Assembly (NCBI GenBank): GCA_951406725.2
Contig: OX597818.1
Location: 134,912,001 to 134,976,000, forward strand
DNA length: 64,000 bases
Reading direction: 5' to 3'
Source of the DNA: Octopus vulgaris
Lineage: Eukaryota
The notes beneath the pieces are model-generated. The model searched no databases. It was not told where the DNA came from and was given only the letters and a program-made list of their open reading frames with translations. The position numbers and the translations under genes were made by a program. Shown here piece after piece: positions 1 through 13,500 of this stretch (within the stretch, counting starts at the first letter, position 1; every line of letters begins with the position of its first letter).

Positions 1-201
1 CCTCCCCTGGCACGTAAAAAGCACCCACTACACTCACAGAGTGGTTGGCATTAGGAAGGGCATCCAGCTGTAGAAGCACTGCCAGATCAGACCGGCTTCT
101 GTAGAAGCACTGCCAGATCAGACCGGAGCCTGGTGCAGCCTCCTGGCTTCCCAGACCCCGGTCGAACCGTCCAACCCATGCTAGCATGGAAAACTGACGT
201 T
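1..201 (+). mobile_element. (GAT)n-tailed retroposon 3' fragment (family D)
   Basis: tggcacgtaaaaagcacccactacactc...aggaagggcatccagctgtag...catgctagcatgg; internal 28-bp tandem duplication. Confidence 0.8.
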
Positions 202-952
202 TGGTTGAGGGAAACTGAAGAAGCCCATTGTATATGTGCATGTGTGTGTGTGTGTGTTCATATTTCACTTGTCTACATTGTTTTTTTTTTGCTCACTGAT
301 TATAAACATGAAAACAGTGGGTCTGTGTCATTTGCATGCAGTCCACCATGAAAGCATGTTTGTGCTTGACATATTATGCAACCTTTTTGAACAAAAGACT
401 TGTTCTTAGAGTTGTTTGTTTCCAGTTCTTCACATGAACATGTCCAGGCTGTTGGTCAGCATTTTGGGAGATTATTATCTCACTAGGAAACAAGTTAGCA
501 ACAAGAAAGCTGTTTAGCCATAAAAAAAATATTGGCTTTAACATTCTCATCCAACTCTTGTAAGCATGGAAAGGTAGATGTTAAAATGATGACAATCATG
601 ATGATGCCTTCAAATGTTTTGAGATTCAATTTAACTACATAGTATATCTGTGTCTAGACCTCATTTCAATTGATTTGATTTCTAATTGTTATCAGGTGTT
701 TTATTCCTGGATGTTTACATGATTGAGATTAGATTTGAACTAGGGAACAATGTTCTTATGTACTCATTTAATGGATCAGAACATTTTCTCAGTTTGAATC
801 TAGCTCAGGACCATGAATTTATTCAGAAATAACACACTTCTTGATAATAATGATGATGATGATGAATAGTTTTGTAGGAATGATGTATATGTGCATGTGT
901 GTGTAGCATACTTAGTTTAGAGATTTCCTTATTGGAGATTTTTCATTTCTAG

Positions 953-1130
953 GAGTCAGTTCCCAACAAATGGAGAGGGTGGCTCCAGTACTTTAACAAA
1001 AGCCATTGAACTAGCAACGAGCCGAGAAAGAATGCAGACGCTGTCTCCAAGTTCTCTCAATACCGTAAATAATATAATTTCTGTGTTTAATGCTTCACAG
1101 AAAGAAATATTGAACAGTGATAAAAATCAG
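953..1130 (+). CDS. STK31: STK31-like exon ([10 protein letters not shown]...EILNSDKNQ)
   Basis: tttctag acceptor, cag|gtagg donor; 1 nt + 59 codons. Confidence 0.75.
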
Positions 1131-2953
1131 GTAGGTTTACCATTTATATTTTATTAATCAAAACAACACAAACAATTATATTACTTTCCAAGTTTTCATT
1201 ATTATTTCTGTTTCTTTGATTTTATTCTGTTGCCTTCAAGTATTTTTTTATAAAATTAAATAGAAGTTTAATTTTCCTTTTAAATAGCTTTAACCCTTTA
1301 GCATTTAAACCAGCCATATCCGGCCAAAAGTATTCTGCTTGTTTTATGTTCAAACTGGCCAGATCTGGTCTCTCACACCAACCCTACAATATCGTTTTAA
1401 AAATTAACAGCTACCTCTTCAAAATCTCATAGCTACAAGATAATGCATGATTAGTTCAAAACAATGTGGATGAAAAAGCATTAATTTTGGCAGAATAAAG
1501 TGAACACTAAAGGGTTAAATTAGTTGTTGGTTTGGCAGACATCAGCAAAAATACAAAACATAGTTTGCATCCATATAATTCTTCTTTGCCATAATGTTGG
1601 ACAAGTTTCAAATATTTAAAGCTGTCTTGATTTTATTAAAATAGCAATTTGTTTACTCAATTTTCAATCCAACTTCTATGAGAAACAGTACTTTCTATTA
1701 ACTGAATTTTTGACATAATTTCCAGTCCACTCTGTCTTTTATTGTGTATCTGGGCTGTATGTTCCTCAGTTAGTCTAGGTATCATGTTATCTGTAATAAA
1801 CCAGTATTTAGCTGTTTGGAATACATACCGTGTCTTGTTTGTCAAACCAACATAGCTATTAGAAATAGGTCTCATGTCATCTGTGAAAACCAAAATCTAG
1901 CTATTAGGAACAGGTACACGTTATGTGATAAAACATTTTATGAAGAGGTTAATCTCTCGTTCATCTTGAAATGGAAGATTAACTAATGTTCTTAAAAGTC
2001 TCCTAAAGCTTAGAAGTTGCATTTATATTTCACAATTGCTGCTGGTCATGTTAAAATCCTTTCTTCCTCCTTATTTTTGCAATCTCACCAGTGTCTCTAT
2101 AGCTGTAGTTGTTGACACTGCTGCTGCATCCTGGTCTCTCATGAACAGTTGATCAATGTAACATCAACTTACTGTAATATTTTAAGCATCTGAACAAGAG
2201 AAATGTAAAAAAAAAAAAAATAACAAAACCCTTCAGACATGGGGTGCCATCTAAGGAGTTTTGATTTAGGAATTATTTGTAAAAAATATTTACTTTAAAA
2301 TATACACATTATTCCAAAAAAGCACCATCTGTTCGTGGCTGTTGCCAGCCTCGCCTGGCCTCTGTGCCAGTGGCACGTAAAAGCACCATCCGTTCGTGGC
2401 CGTTTGCCAGCTCCGTCTGGCACCTGTGCGGGTGGCACGTAAAAAGCACCCGCTACACTCACGGAGTGGTTGGCGTTGGGAAGGGCATCCAGCCGTAGAA
2501 ACACTGCCAGATCAGACTGGGCCTGATGCAGCCTTCTGGGTTCATGGACCCCAGCATGGAGAGCAGACGCTAAATGATGATGATGATTATCTGTAGCCTG
2601 TGGTTTATTTAATTAATAGCTGCTCATTAAGTAAACTGATGAAAATAATTAGCTGTATATTAAGTAGTTAGCTGTATTGAGGAAACCATCATAGTTAGTT
2701 TTTTTATTCACTCCCATCTATGATACTTCATGCTTACTTTAAAAAAAAACCCATTACCATAATAACTTCTTGTTAGATTTTTTTTTCATTGAATCATTAA
2801 GTGCATCCTTCAGTGTCTGCAATGTTGTTTTGGACAATGAGGGACATCTCATTAATCATTTAGTGTTTTTTTTTTATAAATGTTCTTTGTGTTTGAGTGT
2901 TGTTTGTTGTGAAGACTTTGATAATATTGGAAGGTAATTGCATTGTGTATGTG

Positions 2954-3003
<50 letters not shown>

Positions 3004-6000
3004 AATTGAGATAGGGGTTGTAAATGCAACCCTCTATGGGATAACGTATATCCAATATACTGCTAGTGAAGTACCCAACAAATTGATATTTGATTTAGAT
3101 GTGTTCCTCCATTTTCTTATCTTGTATATATATATATAACTAGAGCAACAAAATAAAAGTTAATTATTAAATTTGATTATAGGTTGTGTTGATCGCATGA
3201 AAGCATGGTTTTATCCAAGGAAATACTGGTTCAATACCTAGTATTTTGTGGGGAATTAATTTCCTTAAAATAATAGGTATATATATAAAAACATAGTTTA
3301 TATTCATATAAAAGAAGAAAAAGAAAATGGAGATTGGGAAGTTGTTAATTGCTTATTATTAACAGCAAATTAATCATTTGCACTTACAGCTGTTTCAATA
3401 CTCAGTAAATATTAAGCAAATATTAAATTTATATTTATATGGCCTGAGCATATATGTGCTCATGGATTCATGATGATGATGATGATGATTAATTTGCTGT
3501 TAATAATAAACATTTAACTTCCCAGTCTCCATTTTTTTTTTCTTCTATTTATATATAAATAGGATTTATGCAACAATGGCTGTATTATTGAAATAAAAAT
3601 GCTTTGAGTAGTTAATTTTGCTAGGACTGTATAAAGTTGTGAACCACGGTTTTTTTTCTTTACTTTTTTCTCTTCACATGCCCATCCCATATTTTGTTTG
3701 TTTCAGTTTTGAAGTCATTATATCATGACAGTTTTTTTTAACAAACACACAGTCAAAGGCTTTGTTGATGTCAAGATGGCAGAAACATTAGCACGCCGAG
3801 CGAAATGCTTAGCGGTATTTCGTCTGCGTTACGTTGTGAGTTCAAATTCCGCCGAGGTCGACTTTGCCTTTCATCCTTTCGGGGTCGATAAATTAAGTAC
3901 CAGTTACGCACTGGCCTCGATGTAATCGACTTAATACCTATGTCTGTCCTTGTTTGTCCCCTCTGTGTTTAGCCCCTTGTGGGTAATAAAGAAATAGGTA
4001 TTCTATTTTTATCAAAGTTCTGGAGGACAATAGGTCACTGGTGTGTGATATAAAAGAAAACAAATCTTCTGTAGACTCTGTATTGATAATTACCATGATT
4101 GGAAATGAAGTAAAGGTGATGAAGAAAATGGCTGTTTATGAGTGTTTCCATCATGTTTGAAACGTTAGAAGATGGTAGTTTGAAGGGTGAGTGAGGTTGT
4201 TGTTCTTGGGAATGGCGCAAACCATATTGCATGTTTCCATAGATCCTTGCTTAGAGAGAGAATGGTTGCACAGTTTTGCGTAGTTTGGAACAAAATTCTG
4301 AAGGGGTTATTTAAGGATAATGGAAGAGACAGTTGGAGCCAGTTGCATTATTTGGATGGAATATTTTGAGAAGTTCCCGAATTCAACAGCTGTATGTATG
4401 AAGTGGTGGGACTGGTGGTTAAAGATAATTTGGGAGGAATTTTGATGTGTGTATGAGGAGTTGAAAGCAAAATGCATAGAACTAATTTTGTTGGGGGGGA
4501 GGGGAACAAACCAAAAAGCCTGACTAATTTGTGACAGAGTAAACTTACTGGTTGGTTGTTGCGTAAATGCTTGTTTTTTGGTTGTTGTATTGGTGGATAA
4601 GCTCCTCAGTTGGTAATAATGGATGATTTACTGTTGTACAACTGTAGTGTTGTTACATGTGAACTACTTAGTTTTAGGGTATGTGGTGTTTTTTGTGAGA
4701 GATGGAGAGAGAGAGAGAGAGACATGCATACATAGGATAATTGCATTGGTCATCTTAACTGTCTTAGTCCTCTAGTTACTAATACTAAGTTTGTTGCTTC
4801 TCTTGTCTTATTTTCCAATTTTTTCTTTGTTGTATTTTATTGGTTTCATTGATAATTTGCTTCTCATTATCTGACCTAATATTTTATATTTTAAATCATT
4901 TGATGTCTTATGCTGTAAGTTTCATATATTTGTCTAAAATTGTTCTGCAGGCTGACCTCAGTGAATTGATTGAAGCAAGAGACAGCACTCGTGTGAAGTT
5001 ATGTGAAAGTCTTAGTATGTGTTTAGCTGATCTTTCAAACATTCCTTTAGAAGAGAAACTAAAGCAAATGCAGGTAGGTATTAGCCAGAAATGTTGCTCT
5101 AATAAGTCCTTAACTTGAAATCTTTGGGTCATCCAATGTGACACTGCTTTTAGAATTTTTACTAGCTAATGAATGATGTGATTCAAGGATAGCTTGCCAA
5201 GTTAAATCTTAATTAATCAAGATATTGCAGTGAAGCAGTTGTGATAATAATCAGTTGAATGAACTGAGAAATTTTCTATTTCTATAAAATATAATTTATG
5301 AAAAAAAAAAATGCTTTTCAAATTTATTTAATTTCAAGTAAATAAAATTAAACTTTCTTCATTATCATCATCATCATCCATGATCGCATGGATCAGACAG
5401 AATTTGTTGAGGCAGTTTTTCTATAGCCTGATGTCCTTCCTTCTGCCAACCTTCACTTGTTTCCAAGCAAGGTAATATTTCTCCATGACCAGACATGTTT
5501 TTTCACAAAAGATTGAAAATGGACACCATTTGCATCACAGTTACACTCATTTACAACTATTGCATGATGTTATGGCTTGGACACAGCAACACATGCGCAT
5601 GCGTGCGTGCACACACACACATTTATACAATGGGTTTCTTTCATCTTTTCATTGATTAAATATACTCACAAAGCTTTGATTAGCCTGAGGTTATAGTAGA
5701 AGGTAAGTGTCCGAAGTTTCATGCAGTGGGATTGAACCTAGAACAGTATAGCTGAAAAGCAAATTTCTTACCACAGAGCCACGTCTGTAGGAGTGTAATT
5801 GGTTTTGTAATTTTGTATCAAACTGCTGCACTTTCATATATCATCATCATCGTTTAACGTCCGTTGTCCATGCTAGCATGGGTTGGACGGTTCGACCGGG
5901 GATCTGGGAAGCCAGAAGGCTGCTCCAGGCTCCAGTCTTATCTGGCAATGTTTCTACAGCTGGATGCCCTTCCTAACGCCAACCACTTTTATATATAAAA

Positions 6001-6015
6001 GTGCAGCAGTTGACT

Positions 6016-6065
<50 letters not shown>

Positions 6066-6178
6066 GTGTGTATGTATGTGTGTGTATGTATGTGTGTATA
6101 TATATATATGTATATATATATATGTATGTGTATATATATGTATGTATATATATATATGTGTATATATATGTATATGTG

Positions 6179-6210
<32 letters not shown>

Positions 6211-7527
6211 TGTATGTATGTATGAATGTATATATGTATATATGTATGTATGTATGTATATATGTATATATGTATGTATATATGTATGTATATATGTATG
6301 TATATATGTATGTATATATGTATGTATATATGTATGTATATATGTATGTATATATGTATGTATATATGTATGTATATATGTATGTATGTATGTATATATG
6401 TATGTATGTATGTATATATGTATATATGTATGTATATATGTATGTATATATGTATGTATATATGTATGTATATATGTATGTATATATGTATGTATATATG
6501 TATATATATATGTATATATATATGTATATAAATATGTATATATATATATGTATATATATATAATCAGAAGTCAACTTAACTCTGAATATGAATAACATCC
6601 TCTACTGAAAAGTTTTATAAAATATTTCTCTATTTTAATTAATTAATTTATTTGGAAGAAAGTCGCCTATTTTACTTTGGGGCTCTTTTAATATTCCAAA
6701 CATTAACCTAATTCAGTTACTTTTTCCTTCTGCCAATGAATATAGTTTTGGATGAATTCTAAATATGAATGTGTTTTATATAAATTTAAACACTCAACAT
6801 TGGTGCCTTTAGGCAAAGTGTGTTTTAGTGTGGCATTAGGTTGACCCAAATGCTTGTGAGTGAAATTTGGTAAATGGAAACTGTATGGAAACCCATTGCG
6901 TGTGTTTTTGTCACTGCATATTTTTGCATTGATACCACTTAGGCAGTGGGGACAGTCATTAAAGTCCCGTGGCTCACTAGTTTTAAAATGTGAAAAAGTA
7001 CCTGACTTGAAAATAACTAAGGATTGGTTTCAGGAAAGGCATCCAGGCATAGACTGCCTCAACAAGATAAATGTTTAAAAAGATAATAGCAATAAATAAT
7101 AGGCATTTGTCAATATTTAAAACTGAAACAAAAATATTGTTTTGTACAGGATGTTGTGAATAATTTAGGAATGGAATACAAGAACTTCCTTCATTTTGCT
7201 GTTCATTCTGTTCCACCGTTGGCTGACTTGTTACCCGCATACACTGACTGGAAGGTTAGTTTTCATTTCTCTCACCTACTTCATGTGCTCTTTCATATCA
7301 AACTATTGCTTTCTATCTGCACTGTGTATATATATATATATATATATACACACAACATTACTCTTTTATGTACACTTTTTTATGTACATTCCTTTATGTA
7401 CACTGATTTGTTCTGCTTTTTTATGTTTAACCCTACAGTCTCTCATGTGGTGGTTTAATAAAGTATGTGATCGAGTATTATCTGGTAATTGATATTTGAT
7501 TTAGATTATTTCTCCATTTTCTTATCT

Positions 7528-7564
<37 letters not shown>

Positions 7565-10500
7565 GACTTCCTTACCAAATGTACTCTTTAAGACAATAAA
7601 GTGTTTTCTAAAAGAAATTTTGCTGCTATATCTAGCATATTGCATTCACTGTTTCATAAACAGTTTGGTATCTTATCCTTATGTTGGCATTAATTTTTTT
7701 TTTAATCACAAAATAAAAGAGGGAACCAACCTAATTAAAATGCACAGTTGTAATTTTTTTTCAGACAATTAACCTCATCTTTACTGATGACAAAAACTGT
7801 AATATTTACACCTACAGTATGTTGCATTTGGTCTGGTCGCTATTAGCCACCAGATGTCTCATTTCTAGATGAGTACATAGACATGTTTGTTACTAGTTTT
7901 AGTTTACTAATAAAGGTTTCCTAATTGAAACCTAGTCTGATGCTATCCTACACATCATGAAATTTAACCCATTAGCATTCAGATTACTTTATCAAATGTT
8001 ATGCTTATTTATTCACATTGTTTTGATTGAAGCATGCCTTATCTTGTAGCTTCAAGATTTAATAATAATAATAATAATTAATAATTAATAATAATAATGA
8101 TAATTGTGTACAGTGCTCAGGTGCACTACAACTCATCTAATGTGTATATATAATCAGGTGTAGTTTCGGCGGATTTCGGAAAGCATGAGGGCCTTAAATG
8201 ATGTAATTGCTTATTTTTAGAATGTCATTGTAAAGTAGATCTGAGAGACCAGATCTAGCTGGTTTGTACTTTAAATAGGTAGAATATTCAGGCTGGATAT
8301 GGTTGGTTTAAATGCTAAAGGGTTAACACATGATAGTGATCAGATATTGAACTGAGGAAAACTTGGTTAAATGTAAATTTTGAGAAATCTGTCATTATTG
8401 AAGACAGGGTTAATTAGTCTAAATTATAATTATAATTAGCAATTACTTGTTTCAGATATTTGATTAGAATTTTTTTTTGGTTTATTTAATTACTGTGGCT
8501 TTGAACTGGTTGATGACCCTCCCTGTTCTCTTGATTTGACCTCATCTGTCTATCAGCTGTTCCCCAATGTGAAAAAAACCCACTTGGATGGGAACCAGTT
8601 TTGCAGTTATGATGCCATCATATCTGCTGTTCTTGATGTTTTTTTTTACCAAAAGGACGAAAGCTTCTTAGCCAATAGGATCCAAGCATGGCAACACCAA
8701 TGGTAACAGTGTGCGAACTGCGATGGGTCTAGTTTGAAAAATAAACTTTTGGTCACATTCCATGAGAGTATCTTGGTCAGCCTGTGAACTTTTCATCCAA
8801 CCCTCATATTAGTAGGTTTCTCAATAAATGTTCAGTGGTATGCCTCACAATAATTAGCTTGTTTTATATAATTAATAACGATAATTGAATATTGACTTTC
8901 ATTGTTAGGGTTTGACATTTTAATTTTCACATTTCACCTATGGCCATAAATGTTGGATAATGAACAAAGGTGTATGATTTGGAATATAAGTGACCACAAT
9001 GGATTTCCTCTGAAGGATCTTTGGAGTATTGTTACTTGACAGGGTGCACAACTTTGTGATCAGGGAGTCTCTCCTGGTGGAGCTGTTACCAGGTGACAGC
9101 TCTGGTACTACTTACATGTGATTTGCAGGAAAGAACCATAAAATGGATTCTTCAATCTCAACCAACCAGTAGGACACCTGGGAGTAGATCAAACCGAGAA
9201 TGAAATGGTTAGATAATATCCATAATCTCAGTTGGTGATGCTTGAGAATCCAGCTGGAAAGTGTAATGGTAGTTGCTTCTGATAGAACCCTATAGAGGAG
9301 ATGCTTGAGGACTCTATCCTAAAGACTCTCCCTGGAATAGTGGGCAGAGAAGATGGATGGGTGGTCACCAGCTCCACAAATAGAACTTCATTCACAGATA
9401 ATTCCTGCTCTGTTATTTAACAGTTATCTATAATGGTAACAGCTAGTAAATGTTTTTGTTATATGTAGTCAATATTTAGCACTCCTGTGGTATTATAACT
9501 ATAAACATTCGATAGAAATTGTCTTGATATGGACTTACGTGTGTAACTGTGTTAATTTTACGCTCCATTTTGTATGTTTGATTTAAATTTTTGCATAAAC
9601 ATGTAGTTTGTCCAATTTATCAATTGTTAAACAACTTGGTCATCCTATAATTATTATCTAAATAATGTGCTAAAAAAATTTCTTTCAAAAATCATTTTTT
9701 TATCTAGTTTAAAAACAATTATTTACAAAAAAAAAAAAACGTGTTTTCATGCTGAGATAGTTTTCAATGTAGCCTAAGGAATAACTTAAGCAATCATGCA
9801 GAGAAACAGGACCAAAACAATAGGACTTCATTTTTTTTGGTGGTTGGTTTTATGAAGGAATGATGATAATGGTGCAGAAAAATATGACAGTAGTGGCATT
9901 GATATTCCCTACTCTGTGAAAATAATTAGCTGTACTAGGTAGATCAGAATCTTCTGAGGATGATCAAATAGAGACAAGTAGCCAGATAGTATTAAAGCTG
10001 TCCTAAGTCACTAAGTAGCTAGATATTTAGAGCTTTAGAACTATTCAGTTACTTTTGGATTTGGACTGTCTGGCTCAATGGTTCTCAACTGGGATCCATA
10101 TGGCCCTTGGGGTGGAGGTCCTTATAAGTTTTTGTTGTTAAAATTTATGTACAATAAATTGATTATACTTTTACAACACAGTATTTCAATAATGTTTTAC
10201 TACAATTCCTAATATCTAATTATAAAAAATGTATGATTTAAAAAAAGAAATTAAATGTCGAAGAGGGTCTGTCTGAATAAGATAGGAATCAAAGGGCTCT
10301 ATGGGTAAAAAAAATGTATGAGAAACACTGGTCTAACTACTTACTGATTTAGAAAACATTTGAAATTAGCTGGCTACTTGCTGACTTACCATAGTTGAAG
10401 GCATACACATCTTAATTTCAGCAGCACATATTGAGGAAAAAAAATTTTTTTTTTTACATTAGAGCTTATGGGAGGCCCAACTTTATATGTAAGACCCAGT

Positions 10501-13500
10501 GTGATTAATGAAAAGTTTAAAAAAAAAATTTATTATTGACTAGCAGTATCGCCTGGCGTTGCTCGGGTTTGTAAGGGAAATAAGCATTTTTAGAGATGTA
10601 AAGTATAATAGCCATCTCAATATGGCTAACCACAAAGGGGGGTGTTACTGTAGCTTTTTACATTCTGAGATTTACTAATACGTTTTTAGAGAGTTACTTC
10701 CCTTATATAATAGCAAAAAAAATGCATTAAAAATGGGAAAAATGATGGTACATTTTTTTTTAAATCGTAGACTCATCGTAGACGCGTGCTAATACCCAGA
10801 AGGGCTCGATATGAATCACGACTATAAGATACCCGCTTTTGGTTACACTGCACCGCAAAATGTGGGAGTAGTTAGGAATCTAAATCGTAGGAGACAGACA
10901 GCACACAACCTCACTTTTATATATAAAGATATTCTGTTTTATCTTACAACATTCTTTCTCTGCCACTCTCCCCACTCTCTTTCCTTTTCTCTATCCTCCT
11001 CTCATTTATTTTGCCTTTATTGTTTTCTCTGCATTTAGAAAAAGAAAGAAGTTGAATTTGAAAAAGTCCGTTCAGAAACAGATTCTTGTCGAAAGAAACT
11101 CAGTAATACTCTGTCATTGATTGAAGCGGTGAGTTTCAAATTACTGATATCTTCTCTTTAATTCTTCTGCAAAAGATATTTTTTATATTATCTATTTCTT
11201 TGGATTTATCAGAGAAATACGAGTGGTACCCTTTTGCAGGGGCTTCATGACTGACAGGTAGAAGGGAGGAAATTATCCTCCAGCCTGTGACCTGACCTTG
11301 AATGATTGCAATAGAGTGGACTTTATTAAAGGTATCCATGGACCAGGTGGTGGTGTTAAGGTGATGGATTAAGACTATCAACCCAAAAACAGGAATTTGT
11401 GCTTACCAAAGTTTACTTGCAAGGCTTTGTTCTACTGGTGGTTATGGTAAAGCACACTTACCCAAAGTGCTTCACAATGTGATTGAACACAGTACCACTT
11501 AGTTGTGAACCACACTTCTTAACACAACCACCAGTTAATATAATCTACGACTGTATATACCAATATTACAGATCTCTTATTTTACTGAAATGGAGTTTTG
11601 ATTTTATTTTTTGCTGTTCTTTGTTTAGTCACATTTATTATATTGCTTTATTGTAGCACCTTAAACTGAACAGCACCCCAACCATTATTGAAGAGGTTCC
11701 TAATATTGGTTTTTGGTTGCGACAATTTACGCAATCCTTACAGCATGAAGTTGCTATCACAGATTTGGTATGTGCTATCTATTTTCTTTTTTTTCTCTTT
11801 CTTTCACTCTACAATGTGATGTCTATAATTTCATTGCCCCATTGCTAAAGTTGTATGTTACTCTTCATTAAATAACATTATATACAAAGGCGGTGTTCCA
11901 GCATGGCCACAGTCAAGTGACTGAAACAAGTAAAAGAGTATATATAACTATTATCAATCTCTTGAATTAAAATATGTTGAGAGATTTGATAAAATTAATT
12001 TAAGCTAATTATTTCCTGTTGACTCCTCATGAAAATTAAAATATTCAACTACACCCAAAGCTCTTTCTGTAAAACTGAGACACAGTTGGTTCACTTTATA
12101 TCTGTATTTTACCTGTACCTGTTTTTATCATGTTAGAAAATTGAAAGGTAAAAATCAAATGCAGTAGGATTTGTACCTAAAGAAAATTAAAAGTTATATC
12201 AATTTTGATAATACAATTAGAATTAGGTCGGAGGAGTTTGTGGGGAAAGTTGGTGTGCATCAGGGATCTGTGTTGTCACCGCTGTTGTTTGTAATAGTGG
12301 TTTATGTGGTGACGGAGAGTGCAAGAGAGGGATTGATAATGAAGTTACTGTATGCGGATGAGTGAGATGATGGAGGGATGTGGAGGCGCAATGGCCCAGT
12401 GGTTAGGGCAGCGGACTCGCGGTCGGAGGATCGCGGTTTCGATTCCCAGACCGGGCGTTGTGTGTGTTTATTGAGCGAAAACACCTAAAGTTCCACGAGG
12501 CTCCGGCAGGGGGTGGTGGCGACCCCTGTTGTACTCTTTCGCCTCAACTTTCTCTCACTCCACTCTTACTTCCTGTTTCTGTTGTACCTGTATTTCAAGG
12601 GGCCGGCCTTGTCACTCTCTGTGTCACGCTGAATATCCCTGAGAACTACGTTAAGGGTGCACGTGTCTGTGGAGTGCTCAGCCACTTACATGTTAATTTC
12701 ATGAGCAGGCTGTTCCGTTGATTCGGATCAACCGGAACCCTCATCGTCGTAACCGACGGAGTGCTTCCTATAGAGTGAGATGATGGAGGGATTGAGGGAG
12801 AAGTTTTGGAAATGGAAGGAGGCGTTTGAAGGTATACCTTGGGAAGACAAAGGTGATGGTGAACAGGGTGGAAAGAGAAGTGTCAGTGAGTAAGGTGGAT
12901 GTATGTGGGAGGTGGGTAATGGCAAACTGTAAAAATTTTATTCAACATGAGACAATAAATTCTAATCGAACTAAAAATTAGATTATGGTATAGATTCATA
13001 AAAGATGTGAAAAATGGATTCATGGTAGATGTACGAAAATGAAGAAGGTGACCCCATAACTGGCAAGAGAGTTTATTTGTGGAAGATGTGAGAAAGGAAC
13101 TGGTGGGATGGTGTTACCAGTGGAAATACTATCTGACGAGGTGGATATGGTGAGAGGGTTTTGTTATTTGGGAGACAGGGTGGATGTGTGAAGCAGCTGT
13201 AACAGCAGGAGCGAGATTTAGCTGGGTGAAGTTCAGAGAATGTGGAGCGTTATATGGGGGAAGGTTCTCATTGAAGATGAAAGGAGTTGATTGAGAGCTG
13301 CAATGCTGTATGGGAGTGAGACATGGTGTCTGAGGGGGAGAAAGATGGCAATTTTGAGAAGGACTGAGAGAGCAATGGTGAGAGAAAGGTGTGGTATAAT
13401 AATAATAATAATAATAATAATAAAACATTGTGTACAGTGCTCAGGTGCACTACAACTCATCTAAAGTGTATATATAATCAGGTGTAGTTTCGACGGATTT

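Noticed and set aside
2322-2460. Repeated tggcacgtaaaagcacc units with spacers, superficially CRISPR-like
   Set aside because: Internal repeats of retroposon family D in a eukaryotic intron; spacers are related to each other and there are no cas genes
5954-6598. Long ORFs of Y/I/T/M/V/C repeats on both strands
   Set aside because: Translations of a stop-free TA/TG microsatellite
12380-12455. tRNA-like sequence (also 16528, 22710, 39019, 45581, 48601, 61225)
   Set aside because: These are SINE heads with no complete cloverleaf, continuing into a repeat body with TSDs
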